Assembly (NCBI GenBank): GCA_022605425.2
Contig: CM061250.1
Span: 806,001-870,000, forward strand
Reading direction: 5' to 3'
Origin: Hamiltosporidium tvaerminnensis FI-OER-3-3
Lineage: Eukaryota; Fungi; Microsporidia
DNA length: 64,000 nucleotides
Shown here: positions 23,747-36,957 of the stretch, in pieces
How the letters are laid out: each line of letters begins with the position of its first letter
How positions within the stretch are numbered: position 1 is the stretch's first letter
Notes under the pieces: generated by a model
What the model was told of the DNA's origin: nothing
The model's database searches: none
The model's input: only the letters and a program-made list of their open reading frames with translations
Made by a program: the position numbers and the translations under genes

Positions 23747-24439
23747 CTTTATTTAAAAGTATCACATTTTTTTAAAACAGTGCAAGTTTTATATTTGTTT
23801 TCAGGAGATTAATGCTGTTCTAAGTTTAACATCAATAACTGCTACACTAAACTGCATCGATACACCCTGCGATAGGTACGCCCCTAATCCTTTCATCTAC
23901 CAATTGTGTAGAACCTAATTACTAGAAAAGGCAATTTCCCGGTGTTTCTTAATGTCTGTTGCATGGAGTGAGGTCGACAGCCGAAGCCCACCTAGGGTAT
24001 CCTCAAGACTCTGCTGCATTCTCAATTACTCTACACTTTCTGACCATAAAAATCTTCTTGCTAAGATATATTTCAGAGGCTTACATGGGGTCTACCTAGA
24101 CAGTGCAATGTCATACCAACAGTATAATTTGCTAATTAGCTCTCCCGAGCTTTAAGTCTTCATATCTGAGTTAGCAAGGCTAGGTTTCCATGCTTTTACA
24201 GTGTAATTACCTACACAGGCAGCTTCAGTCTGCAATCAAGGTACATAAAAAACTACAAATAAATTAGTATAAAAATTTTCGCCATTTCTTAGACCTCTTC
24301 TCCTCATAACAACTATCATGGAACAAGCGAAGATATGGTGTGGTTTGATTCCCAACAAAAATCCAAACGATGATTCTCATACCAGTTTTAAGCACACATT
24401 GCCAAGCAGAAAATTTCTATATGGTTATTCTCTCTCCAC
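23747..24439 (-). mobile_element. ~730-bp SINE-like family, near full-length copy with small internal deletion
   Basis: Ends ctttatttaaaagtatcaca and tctctccac match the element termini. Confidence 0.9.
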
Positions 24440-24640
24440 TTTTCTAATTTTATATAATTATAGTCGAATAATTATATTTTTGTTTTTTAAAGAAGGAAAT
24501 ACATATTAATTTATCTTTTTTTATAGAAAACATAATGAGAGATTTGCTTAAACTTAATATAAAAAGGTATTTTATGTATAAATAGCGTGTAAATTAAATA
24601 TATGTCTTTTTTTTTATTTTTTATTACAGAATAGTATATT

Positions 24641-24865
24641 ATTTCCCACCATGCCGAGAAACCAAATTGGCTTGGTTTATTCTCTGCTTTTCATAAGAGG
24701 GGACTAAAAAGACTGGCACTCTAAGTTGGGTTTGGCGAAAGGCATACGACCAACTCTTTAAAACTCCCTTGTTACGAAACCCGAAAGAGTAAACAAACCC
24801 ACTGGAAAAAAACCGCTGGGCGGTATTACTTAGAGCGGCCAAAGCTCTAGTGTCAATAATGATAT
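24641..24865 (+). mobile_element. ~230-bp RTE-derived mini-SINE copy
   Basis: tattctctgcttttcataagaggggactaaaa and cttgttacgaaacc match 18463-18705 (reverse complement) and 29069-29298. Confidence 0.7.
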
Positions 24866-24924
24866 TAATTTTAAATATTAATGACTTTTTTCTAATATCT
24901 TGGATTATTTTTAGACTTTAATTT

Positions 24925-25015
24925 TATTAAATCATTATATTAAACCAATGTATTCAATCATTGTATCAAATCATTATACTAAACCAATGTATTCAACCAT
25001 TGTATTAAATAATTG
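24925..25015 (+). repeat. Seven 13-bp tandem units with a 39-bp higher-order period
   Basis: tattaaatcatta/tattaaaccaatg/tattcaatcattg/tatcaaatcatta/tactaaaccaatg/tattcaaccattg/tattaaataattg. Confidence 0.9.
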
Positions 25016-25251
25016 TTTTAAAAAGGGATATAGTGAGAATAAAAAGAATTTTAAGTATAAATCCTTAACTTAGATATACTTTAATTAACTGATATTAATT
25101 TATGGTAGAATAAATTTATTATAGTATATTTAACTCAAATCAATTCAGAAAAAAGTTTTTTATCTACTTAATTACTTAATATATTAACGTTTGGATGTTG
25201 AAACTACATATATTAAATCGGTTTAATATAAATGAGATCTTCTAGATTATT

Positions 25252-25305
25252 TAATTAAATTAAATTAAATTAAATTATATTAAATTGAATTGAATTAATT
25301 AAATT
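25252..25305 (+). repeat. (TTAAA)n-like microsatellite upstream of the 25383 gene
   Basis: taattaaattaaattaaattaaatta...ttgaattgaattaattaaatta. Confidence 0.8.
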
Positions 25306-25382
25306 ATATCATATAAGATAAATTAAATTAGATAAAATATATCTTAAAGTTTGTTCAAGAATTAATAAAAGTAAGGGAGATC

Positions 25383-26093
25383 ATGATTGGGTATATTTTT
25401 ACATATTTAATAATATTTTATACAGAAATATATATTTGTACATCAGAATATAAAAATAAACGGTGTGTATTATTAAGTTATGATGATATTGTTTTATTGT
25501 GTAGATTAACACATAATAGGGTAGAAGAGGTCAATGGCTTAGATGTGACAGATTCTAATACTGAGGTGGCAGAAAAGAGTGGCTTTCGTGGTAATAAAAC
25601 TATTTTAAAAATTGTGACTGGGTGTGCACTTCTTATTAAATCGAAAAGGTTTAAATCGAAAGGTTGTAAAGAAAAAATGTGTTCGGTAATTCCAATCGAA
25701 AAATTTCGGAAGACATCGTTTTTTAAAAAATTTAGTACAAGAAGAGTACAGAAGTGTTCTTCTGATACTCTTTATTGTTCGAAATGTTCTACGAGTATAG
25801 AAAGTAAAGAAAAACAAAATTTTAATTATTTTAGTGGCGAAAGAACATTTTACCAACAAGATAATTTTATATCAGAAATTGAAATTAAAGTATCAAGTGA
25901 TATAATTTTATCTGAAAATTATAAAATAGAATTTGGTAAAATTATTTTTATATTTAAGACATTTGATAAGGTAGATGATAGCGAGAAAATTTTAGTTTTG
26001 AATAGAAATAAGAAGATTTTTGTTCCTTTTAAGGAATTTGAAGTGCTAATTATTTATGATAGATTTTGTCTTATAAATAACAAAAAAAATTAA
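25383..26093 (+). CDS. 236-aa hypothetical secreted protein, Cys/Lys-rich
   Basis: Intact ORF; hydrophobic N-terminus MIGYIFTYLIIFYTEIYIC; GGG motif before the ATG (gtaagggagatcATG). Confidence 0.7.
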   Translation: MIGYIFTYLIIFYTEIYICTSEYKNKRCVLLSYDDIVLLCRLTHNRVEEVNGLDVTDSNTEVAEKSGFRGNKTILKIVTGCALLIKSKRFKSKGCKEKMCSVIPIEKFRKTSFFKKFSTRRVQKCSSDTLYCSKCSTSIESKEKQNFNYFSGERTFYQQDNFISEIEIKVSSDIILSENYKIEFGKIIFIFKTFDKVDDSEKILVLNRNKKIFVPFKEFEVLIIYDRFCLINNKKN

Positions 26094-27870
26094 TAATCAA
26101 ATCGTTTTAATAGGTATAAATGCTTTCATTGAATATAAATGTAATTAACAACTTAAAACATGAATATTTTGTACTGATCGTTGTAGATTACATCGCATGA
26201 AAATATTTAAATAAATTTTATACAATATAGAATCGAAGTTAAAAATTTGCATTTTAATATTTTATTTGTAAATAATATAAATAGACAATAATTTAATACT
26301 CAACAAATAAAAGAATAGATTATATTTTTAATTAAAATGGTTGATCTTGCTTACACTTTGTAAATATTTTAGTATAAATTATTTTTCTTATTTCTTTTGT
26401 ATTTTTACTAATCAACCAATCTTTTCTTGTTTGGCTTTTAAAAACAACATTATTCCTTGAATATCTAAGTAATTTCGTATTTTTTTAAAAAACAATAATA
26501 TTTATGAATTGCACAATCTAAAAATCTATTTATTACATTATTTCTATTTTTATATTACATTTGAGATATATACTTAGTTTAAATTTAAACTCTTGTTGCT
26601 TTAAATCATATTAAATAAATTAAAATTGGTTTTTAGGTTATAAAAAATAGAAAAAAAAATTTATGAACTTAAATTAAAAAACAATTCATTTGAAAAATTT
26701 ATATATTATTGAAATGAACTTAATATTGATAGATATAGTAATATATAATTCTATATTTACTAAAATAAATTTTCTATTGTATTCTATAACTGAACACAAA
26801 GGTATTACCTATTACATAATAGCTATAGCATATTTAGACAAATTTGCAAAGAAAGTTATGATTATAAGTTTATCTGTAGAAAGTGTAACTATATTAAGAG
26901 TTTTTTTAAATATAATCACTATCATATTTATCGATAGCGTTTTTAGAAATGCCAAAAGCAAATAATGATTCATTGTTTATATTGGTATAAGAAACAACTT
27001 TCTTATTCTAATCTCACTTTACCTCTTGGTAGGATAGGTAGATAAGGAAATAATTATATATTCCGTTCTTCTTTTACCTTTCGAGATTTTGAATAGAAAA
27101 TGCAATTAATAATATAATTTTAAATTTTTAATAAAAGTATTTATTACAAGAATAAAGAGAATATCAATGAAACTAATAAATGTTCAGTACCACATATCAG
27201 TAGGAATCTTCTAAATTAATTATATATTAATCGTTAATTTATATATTTTAAAAGTTCAACTTGACAATCAAACATTTAAATAATATATCCATAGCAAAAG
27301 TTTAATTTTTTAAGATATAATATAAAGATCAATTGATTGGTGAAAGATATGATAAAAATAACTTGAATGCTCAAAATATGTCAGAAAAATAATCAATAAT
27401 TTTAAAAAACTATTTATGAGTTCTATAGATTACTTATATGTAGGAGGTGAGTATTATATGTAAAGGAATGGTTTGTTTTTTATATTTTAATTTATCAGAA
27501 TATTTTTAAAAAATAAAGATTACGTAAATTAAAAAAAACCGATTTGATTTTTTTCAGTTTAATTATTAGATTCTCGGTATTTGACTGTAATCTGAATGTT
27601 TCATTTAAATTATTTATTATTTCATTCATTTTCAAATCTATAAATATTTCATTTCGATATAAAGACTGGCTTGCTGCTTCTTTAAAAGTATTAAAATAGC
27701 ATATTAGTCAAAAAATAGATAATAACTTTAATTTTTTTAGTTTTTATTTTAATTAAAAGGTTAATTATATTCGAAAAGTCTACTATATTATAAATTAAAT
27801 CTATAATTTGTTTTATATTGCAACTTTTCATTTAAATAATTGCTATTTAAAACTAGAAAAACTTTTTTCT

Positions 27871-28437
27871 ATGACTAAAATTTGTTACATCAATTTAATA
27901 TTTATAAACAGATTATTTTTTATCAACGGTTCAAATGATTCAAAAAGCTTTAAATCAGATGATTATCGTGCTTATGAGTATGCTTATAATACCGGAATGG
28001 AAAGATATGTTAAACTACCTGAAATTCATATTTCTATACCCAAAAACACGCCAGAAAAGTACACATTTATAGAACAAAAAAATATTAAAAGATTGATTTT
28101 ACCAAAAATTTATAATGATACAAAAATAAAGGAAAATATACTCTTATATCATTCTGTGGAAGAAAATATTTATAAACTCATGGAAAAGTATAAATATTTA
28201 AGAGACAATATTCAAAATACGACGGCCAATTTCTTTACTACTCATTCTAAATATTATAATCGCTCTTGGGAATTGTTATATCGCATTCGACGCCGAATTA
28301 AATTGATTGTAAAATTTCATAAAGGTACAAATGAAAATTATAATCTTAAACAATTGGAAATATGTAATGCGATGATTGATTCATGTTATATTAATATGAA
28401 TATATTGGAACAGACATTTCTAAAACTATCGCAATAA
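27871..28437 (+). CDS. Hypothetical secreted protein (~188 aa from ATG 27871), distantly related to the 9550 gene
   Basis: MTKICYINLIFINRLFFINGS leader; VEENIYKLMEKYKYL..SWELLYRI resembles IEIQIYHIYESYEKL..SWAILSRI. Confidence 0.65.
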   Translation: MTKICYINLIFINRLFFINGSNDSKSFKSDDYRAYEYAYNTGMERYVKLPEIHISIPKNTPEKYTFIEQKNIKRLILPKIYNDTKIKENILLYHSVEENIYKLMEKYKYLRDNIQNTTANFFTTHSKYYNRSWELLYRIRRRIKLIVKFHKGTNENYNLKQLEICNAMIDSCYINMNILEQTFLKLSQ

Positions 28438-29068
28438 AATAATTTGATTCTATAATTAAATTATTTAGGCAATGTTTTTATTATCATATTTTAACTTAAT
28501 TATTATAACAGACTGTTAGGATATGCCACTGTAGTGTTTGAAGTTACTTTTAAATCGTATATTAGGCCCTACTATTCTAAATTTACAGATTATTTTATAG
28601 AATTTTTTTTTATAATCTTCAAAAGTGATTATTAAATATTTTATCGTCTTATATTGCTTTTTAAAACAACGAATAGGAACCATATTAGATAATTATTGTA
28701 AGTCTGACCCAAATATTATAAGAAGTTAATTATATAACCTATATATTTGTACATTCAATATTATAATTTCAAAATCATTGATCAGAATAGTATATTTATA
28801 AATTAATCTAATGCGTTTTTTTTGCAGAATAATTCATAATTTGGATTTATAAAGTTTATTGTTCTTCAACAGTTTGTTTTGAAAACCAATTTTAGACATT
28901 TTTATTCCAAACTAAATTAAAAACGATCAATAACATTAAAAGTCTAGGGAGACTGCAATAAAAAGCTTAAAGAGAAATAATATATAAAATTTATGAAATT
29001 TCTGACTTATGTTTTTTATTGCTTGTTATAAACTTCTGCTGATGATTAGTCTTTATTTAATTTCATTT

Positions 29069-29298
29069 TTACCAAATATGTGAGAACAGAACTGGCTTGG
29101 TGTATTCTATGCGTGTTTTAAGAAGACTAAAAGAGACTGGCTTCCACGGTTGGGATTGAGGGAAGGGCTAAACACCCTCCCTTTGAAATAACCTTGTTAC
29201 GAAACCTGAAAAGGAAACAAAACCACTAGAAAAAAACCGGTTGGCGGTATTACTGAGGACATCAAGACTCGTGGTGGAGTATAAAGCTGAAGATGATG
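29069..29298 (+). mobile_element. ~230-bp RTE-derived mini-SINE with (GAT)n tail and TSD
   Basis: Tail gctgaagatgatgat; flanks atttaatttcattt (29055-29068) and atttaatctcattt (29299-29312), 13/14 identical. Confidence 0.75.
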
Positions 29299-29335
29299 AT
29301 TTAATCTCATTTGTTAGGTTATTATAGTATTGCAT

Positions 29336-29826
29336 TTTATTTAAAAAAATCACATCTCTTTAAAACGGCGGCATAAGTTATTCTTGTTTTTATGACATCA
29401 AAGCAGTTCTAGGTTTTACATCTAACTGCACTAACACACAACCATTACTTCCTGCGATACGTACTTCCAAAAGCTTTTGATCTAGAAGGTCTATAAAATT
29501 AATTTATAAGCGTGACGACTTCTTGGGGACGTCATTGTCTTGTTGCATAGAGATATAGAAGGCCGAAGCCTATCCTAAGCTACCTAAGACTATGCTGCAT
29601 TCCCACGTAATTTACACTTACAGAACCAAATAATCAACAGCTAAAATATATCTCGGCGACTACAATGGGTCCATCTAGATAGAAAATTTTTACATCAAAC
29701 AGATATAACCTGCATCTCGGCTTTCCTGGCTTAATTAATTATATTTTCATATCTTCCGGGCTCCAAGTATTATAACCCGGGTGAGCAAGGCTAGTTTCCC
29801 ATGCTTTTACCTAGCAATAGCCACAA
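29336..29826 (-). mobile_element. 5'-truncated copy of the ~730-bp SINE-like family
   Basis: 3' end intact (ttttatttaaaaaaatcacatc); homology stops after gtgagcaaggctagtttcccatgcttttac. Confidence 0.85.
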
Positions 29827-30649
29827 GAAAATGTTTAGTAACTACTATTTATAGGAATTATTTTATATACTATGTACTGGTTTGTTCTGAAAATTTTTAA
29901 ACAATAATACAAATTTCTTTAAAATTACTAATCAATTAAAATATAAATACAATAATTTATTTTATCAGATGAATAATTGCCATAATCTGGAGAGTAGCTT
30001 TCTTTTGTTTGTTATCTAGCAAGTTAAGTTCCATAAAATTGATTAAGAATTTCTGTTCAACTATTTTCACTAGACTTTGGTTTACTAATATATTTCAATA
30101 AATCAGTTCTACTTACGAAGCTTGTTTGAGCTATCAATCACTTACATGTCTTAAATGTTATAAAATTTTAGGAATAATGAGCTCGCGATGACGACTAATT
30201 GCGTAGTTTCTTAGTAAAAATAAAATATGTGCCTTTTATAAATGTTTGATCAAAGGTCACATAAAATTAATCTGGAAATTTTTGTACTACCTTTTTTTCA
30301 TGCGATCAGAGAATAGATTATTTATAACAGTAATCAGAGAGAATTGACGGATTTATCTGTGTTAAGATCTGCATTGAATCTATTTTAGCTACCAACTAAG
30401 ATAATTATAAGCCAGAATATAAAAAAATTTTATCAATCTAAATATGTGATCGAAAGGAGTTGAATGAAACCGCATCGTACCTAATCTATAGTTTTGTAAT
30501 TTTGATTTTGCAGAATAAATACATAAAAATTAACTTTAAATGGAACAATCGAAATTCTTAAGTTAGCTCAATCTATTTTTCACACTGAAAAGCTCGCATC
30601 CTGTTAAATATTAAATTGAAATATGAATAACTCTAGAAAAACTTTAAAA

Positions 30650-31450
30650 AAACGAGTCCGATGTATATATATCAAAATGAAAAACTTCAAATAATAATTA
30701 TGTCGTTTTAAGCACGTCACATTGTGCTTGTTACCTGAAGTAATTTACTTAAAATATTCATAGAGAAAAAACATTATACCAGGTTACGAATCTATATTAT
30801 GTTACTTTAGAAGCAATATTCTCTTATTGCTCAGAAAAAAATACTGCTCTAAAGCCAATTTTTAATATATAAAATTTTCAGAAACTATGAGCAAGAAAAT
30901 ATTCAGCTACGACGAGAATATCAGGAAATAACTGATTTCACTTTTTCATATGCAAATCAGAAGAACTTAAATTATGTCTTAAAAATGAATCTAACTATAT
31001 GATTAGAGAAATTATTAATAAGTAAATATGCGAAAATAAAAAAATATACCAAAATAGCGAAAAATATGAATTATAAAATATTACTCGATTGCATACCGAT
31101 TTCAGTCGAGAATTAACTAAGAAAACGTTTATTAAAGTCTGAATTACATTCCAAGATGCAATTCAGACTTTATAAATTCAAACAAAGGTATTACTTAACA
31201 GTCAAAGCCTCCGATAATATATAATAATGCAGTTTAACCCATAAATTATTATGGTTATTATGGTATTTTGATAAAAACACATCTTTAATACCTTATAAGT
31301 CACATAATAAAATTCCAAAATGATATATATTAAGTCAAAAGAACTTAAAGCGAAAATACAAGTGTTTTATTGTATGAAGAAAGAAGAATAGAATCAAGGT
31401 AAAATTAAAGGGAAGCGAAAAAAAAAGATAAAACAGAACATACAACGAAT
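30650..31450 (+). mobile_element. Possible heavily decayed integrase remnant
   Basis: ITRLHTDFSRELT at ~31080-31118 resembles the integrase (I/L)HTDNGREF motif, with NSNKGIT at about the expected spacing; otherwise no intact frame. Confidence 0.3.
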
Positions 31451-32582
31451 GCAAATATCTATATACAAATAATTTGCTATGGCATACGCTAGAAACGGAA
31501 TTATGCGCCTCAAAGAAAAAAATTTCAACCTTAATTTACACTCGATATATTTAAATGAGGCTCATGCGCAAAATATATAAAGAGAATCGAATTTGAAAAA
31601 AATTATGCACAGTTAAGAGAAACCATAGAAATAGACAAAGAAACTAGACACATAACTTTTTTTCTTTGTTATATTTTTTTTTATAATTTGTTTATTAAGT
31701 ATGTTGAAGTTTAAAACGAAAGATGTTAAAGTCGATTCGTTTTACTAAAAGTTTGCAATTCTATAATATAAATTTCTATAAAATTTAATCCTGAAAATTA
31801 TGTTTGTCTCATTATTTTATACCAGGTTTTTGTGTTCCAGAAATATTAGAGACAAAGCATAATTTATTAATAATTTCTTATTTGAAAAAGATTTGACTGA
31901 AACTAAGATCAAATATGTTTAATTTATGAACACTAGAATATAATAAATGTATATAAAAGAATATCATCATTGCAAAATATTTCAAATTATTATTGTGTAA
32001 TTATTGAAAACAAAATCCCGACTCTTAAAAAATTAAAATTCAACTTTTTTACGAAATCTATTGCAACCAAAATTTAGTTTTACTTCGAGATAAAATAAAA
32101 TAATTCAACTCTAATAAATTTGCTGTAAAAAAATCAAAGAAAATAGACATAGAGAAATTTATAAATTATGAATTATGTTAAAAGTATTTTATAATTATAA
32201 ATTTGATTTTAAAAAAGAAAAATTTATAAGCATAATTATGGTAAAATCTTAAAATATCTTGTTTTATAATTATCAAATTAGTTTACTTTTTATTGGTCTT
32301 TAATTTAAATATATACTGATTCTTTTATACGATAAAATTTTAAAAGAAAGTTTCGTTTACATTTTTTTAATTTAGATAAGTTTTGTTCGTTACCAAAATT
32401 GTCATATTAGGACTGTAATTAAAACAAATTTTTTGTTTTTTAAAATATTGAATGATTCTTTTTGCAATATAAGAAGATAAATCTAAGAAATTCTAATATA
32501 ATATGTTTAATACGACAGTTTGATAGTTAAAAAAAAAATTAATTTGTTGATTAAGTTTTTTGATATTAAATGTAATACCATC

Positions 32583-33131
32583 ATGATTTCTAATCCCTAC
32601 CATGAAAAACAAAGATATTTCTCGCATTTCTGCATCATAAAACAAAGAAACGATAAAAATTTATGAACTCAACATTTTTACGGCACAAAATCAGAAACGA
32701 TTGATATAGATTCAGCTGTAATGGATTTTAAAAATATACTTATCGGTAGAAAACTCCCGAAATATGAAGCAGAAATACCTATATTTGCAGAGAAACAGAA
32801 TATAAGTGCATTCTTACGACCGGAAAACATTGGAACGACGTCTTCCATAGAGTATGGCTCCATAAATTTAAAAACCGAGACAAACGTCAATGTTCTAATA
32901 ACAAATGAAATTCAAGAGGAATCAGATGTTGGAAATTTTATAATCCAAGCAATAGGTAATCCACTTTGCAGAAATACTAATATAGCTATCAATAGAAATT
33001 TCTGGTTTTACTTTTGGTTCATAGTTTATTTTCATCGTGCTCGTTTCAATGCCTCTGGTGTTTTTTTTACTCTACAATCAACTATAAATGCATTTGGCCA
33101 AAATTCGAAATATACTAAGACTTTAGAATAG
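32583..33131 (+). pseudogene. Probable disrupted gene for a small membrane-anchored protein
   Basis: ATG 32583 is in frame with ORF 32721..33131 but separated from it by a TGA at 32664; a hydrophobic C-terminal segment appears in a shifted frame. Confidence 0.35.
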
Positions 33132-33220
33132 ACCCAGTCTATGCTTTAATTAAACTTATTCCAAAATCTTTTCTGTTTATTTTTTTTCTTAAAAATATAT
33201 TATTGTGGTTCGTATAAATG

Positions 33221-33923
33221 GTGGAGAGAGGGTAACTTCAATAAAAAATATCTGCTTGTCGATAGGTATATGGAATTAATATTGAGATTATTGCTTGGGT
33301 TTTTGGTGGGAATAAAACCACATGGCATTTTCGGTTTTTCTATTCGAGTTTGTATGAGGAAGAGAAGACCAAGGAATGGCCGAAACCTTTTCAAATCTAT
33401 TTTGAAGTTCCTTTTGTAAATGAATCATAGACCGAAGCTGAACAGTAGGTAATTGTCATGTCAAAACGTGGAAACCTACCCTTGCTCACTCGTGTTAGAA
33501 GACTTAGCGCCTAGGAGATATAAAAATTAAAACCATTAAAAGCCGGGAGCTAAGCACTGGTTATACCTGTTGGTATGACATTGCAACGTCTAGGTGGACG
33601 CCATGTAAATCTCTGAAATATATCTTAGTTAGAAGTTTATCGGGTTCAGAAAGTGTAGAGTAAGTAGGGATGCTGCATAGTCTTCGGAGAGCCCGGGGGG
33701 CTTCGATCACACTTCATGCAACGAACATTTACGAATACTTCGGGCAACTGCATTCGCTCATTAATTGGGTTCTCCATACCTTTTAGATGAATGGCCTGGG
33801 ACGTAGGTATCGTAGAGGGTACTCATGGTGTGTTAGGGTAACCGGTATTTATGTTAAACCTAGAACTGCGTTAATGCCATTCAAACAACTATAACACTTG
33901 CCATTGTTATAAAAAGATGTGAT
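33221..33923 (+). mobile_element. ~730-bp SINE-like family, full-length copy
   Basis: gtggagagagggtaac start, aaaaagatgtgat end, collinear interior. Confidence 0.9.
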
Positions 33924-33959
33924 GAAAAAATTTGCCCCTTTTTTGAAAAAATAACATCC

Positions 33960-34021
33960 TTTATTTACAGTCTTTGAAAAAACTCACCTACACACATACA
34001 TTCATTTTTATATCTATACAT
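33960..34021 (-). mobile_element. Helitron 5'-end fragment
   Basis: Reverse complement tgtatagatataaaaatgaatgtatgtgtg...aaagactgtaaataaa matches 10403-10456. Confidence 0.75.
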
Positions 34022-34613
34022 TAATTTTGTTTTTAATATAAATGAATTTATTTTGGCTTATATAATATATAGAATCAACAATATATGTTTTATACTCTAT
34101 CACCTGTTCTTTCTTTAACATTTTTTTAATTGGATTATTTGTAATAAGTAAACGAATAAAAGAAAAAGCTGTCATTTGAAGAAATATTATTGTTATTCTA
34201 CGAATAATCTAGTTTTCAATTTTTTTATAGAAAGAAATTCTAGAAAAATAAAAAATCTAATTTTTTAAGTAATTTGTCATTTAAAACTTTGCTAAAATTT
34301 AAAGAACACTTTATCGTTCATTTTCTAATTTACAAAGAACAATCGAACATAAAAAAATTTTTGTGTATCTTTTGAATTTTATAAAAAAAATGTATTAGAG
34401 GTTAATAGTTTGATAAATCGAAATAATTCAAATTCCTTTTTATTTCGACTTTTGAATGTTTGAAATTCTACCATATTTTATAATATTATGAAAATTGAGA
34501 ATAAATAGACTCATTTTTGGATTTCAATGAAACAAAATAGAAAATTCTTCCAATTAAAACTAAAATAGTAAGTGGATTTTAAATCTATATATACAGATTT
34601 TTTTAAAAAAATT

Positions 34614-36957
34614 ATGAAATTGCATCTGCTGCTTTTTTACATAAAGCTATTCTATAAACCGTTAATTTTCATGTGTATTAATTTTTCGAGTGAAAAGGTT
34701 GTAGCATTTTACTTCTTAATAAATTATGAAGAATCGTGTTCATCTCCAATTATAAAAAAAATTAGAACCGAATGTCTGTGTCTAATCAAAAGAAATATGG
34801 ATAATGAAATAGCAGAAAAAGGTTTGACAAGAAAAATATTTATTAAACAGGAAACTGGACAATATGATACGTGTGCCATATTATTTATGGATAGAATCGG
34901 TCTTAATTTTGAAATATTTTAAAATTTATACGCTACGAAATCAAATATCGAAATATATTTGTGTCATCATATAAAGAAATCTGATTTCATAATATTAATG
35001 AATTTTTAATTTCTTATTATTTATTGGATGATACAATGACAATTGACAACTTTTACACAATATTGTATTTTTTAGAATATTTTCGAGTAAAATATGATAA
35101 TAAATTGCGGGATGCATTAAAAGCAATTTTGTATTCTTTAGTAAAGTCTAATGAAATGAACACTCTGGATAGCAAAAATATTTCGTTTCATTTTACAAAT
35201 CAAAACTATTTTTCACATAAATTATATAAAATAATATCACAAGAATATTTTAAAATTATGAAGTTTGAAATAAATTCAGTTAATCCTTATTTTTTAAAGG
35301 AAAAGCAGAGTTACTTTTATAATGACCACGAAGGTTTATATACCAATGATAAAACGCATTTTTTGATTATAAATGACAACTTTAATGTATTCTTTTGTGA
35401 AAAGGTCGCTGTAAATTCAAAAAGTCTAAATTTATTTGCCCTTTTGCTAAATACACTTGATATAAAATATTTGCATATACCTAATCCGAATGAAAAAAAT
35501 ACGAATGCGTTTTGTTTTGTTTTAGAAAATCTAAAAAAGAAGATTGATGAGATTATTTTCTATTTGGGTTCAATATATGACAAAACCGTTGAAACTATTA
35601 ACAGGAATTTAAATTTTGTCGATTTAAAAAAAATTGTTTTCATAAAATCTAAAATCATAACAAATTCAATATTTCAAGATCATCTAAGCAAAATTGCAGA
35701 AATTATATTCTATGAAAACAAAGTTTCGAGAAAAGAATATGAAATTATTAAAATCATGGATATGAATAATATTAATATATGAGAAAATATAATAGAAAAT
35801 TTAATACATCCATATCAAGAATTTCCAGCAAAGAATCAATTTGTCGCAATAAAATGATAAAAGACAATAACAGAGATTTCTATTTAAAATTACTTGACAG
35901 TGATAAATTTATGAATAAAGTTAAAATTATAGAATATTCAAAATTTAGATCGTTCTATTTGGAATATAAGTGTTTCTATGACTACAATGGATGTTTTTGT
36001 AATATTTCAATTACTTTGGATGAATTACATGCTAAAAAATTCACGTATAAAGATAATATTTTTAAAAAAAGATATAAAAGAAATTGTAATTGAAAATTCC
36101 AAAATAACTTCGGGTTTTCTAACAGATGTTTTTAATGTTGATGGTCTTGAAAGCTTAGAAATAAGTTTCTCCGATTTATTTATAGAAAATAAAATTTGCG
36201 ATAAAAACGAATCTGTTAAATATTTCAGGTTCACGCCAAAAAATATTGCGGATTATCATTATGTTTATGAACTAATAAATATTATGGTATGTCTTAAAGA
36301 AGTGTACTTCGATGCAATTGTTAATTTAAAATTAAGCCGTTCTGTAACTCGGATTTTTTATATTACGGAATTATATCTTCGGAATGTTGGAAGAACGATG
36401 TATTTTTTAAAACTTTCGGAAAATAATCAAAATTTTGACTTTAGAACCACTAATGAAGACAATTTGGATTCAGAATGTGTTTTGTATTCATTAAAGGCCT
36501 TATTTCGAAAATAATATATAGTCAATATAAAGAAACTGCACATGTGTGATTTTTCTATAGATAATTCAAATGTAAAAACATTTAGTAATTAAACGAATCT
36601 GAAGGAACTGAATGTACATAGCATAAAATTTCAGAATATTTATTTTTCAGACTTGTTTTGTACTTCACAAAAATACAACATAAAAAGATTAGAGTTTAAT
36701 AAAATTAAAATTTTCAAAGGAGATTTAATTTTTATTGCAAATTTAGAGCATATTAAAGAACTCAAATTTCTTATATGTGACATCTACCAAGAGACTTACC
36801 AAAATATAAAAATGTTGTTTATTAACTAAATTTTATATAGAAATTAGATATTACGGAGGAGATAAAAATATATCAGAAGAATTTATTTAATCATTAAAAG
36901 ATGTATATAAACAAAAAAATATCGATATTAATATGCTAAGGTCTCGGTTATGTTAGA
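34614..36957 (+). pseudogene. Pseudogene paralog of the 2309-4627 LRR-like gene
   Basis: Collinear matches (YKPLIF, ECLC.IKR, FM.RIGL.F, IEIYLCHHIKKSDF, FYTILYFLEYFRV, TLDIKYLHI, IFYITEL, DFSIDNSNV, DLIFIANL) broken by several stops and frameshifts. Confidence 0.92.
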
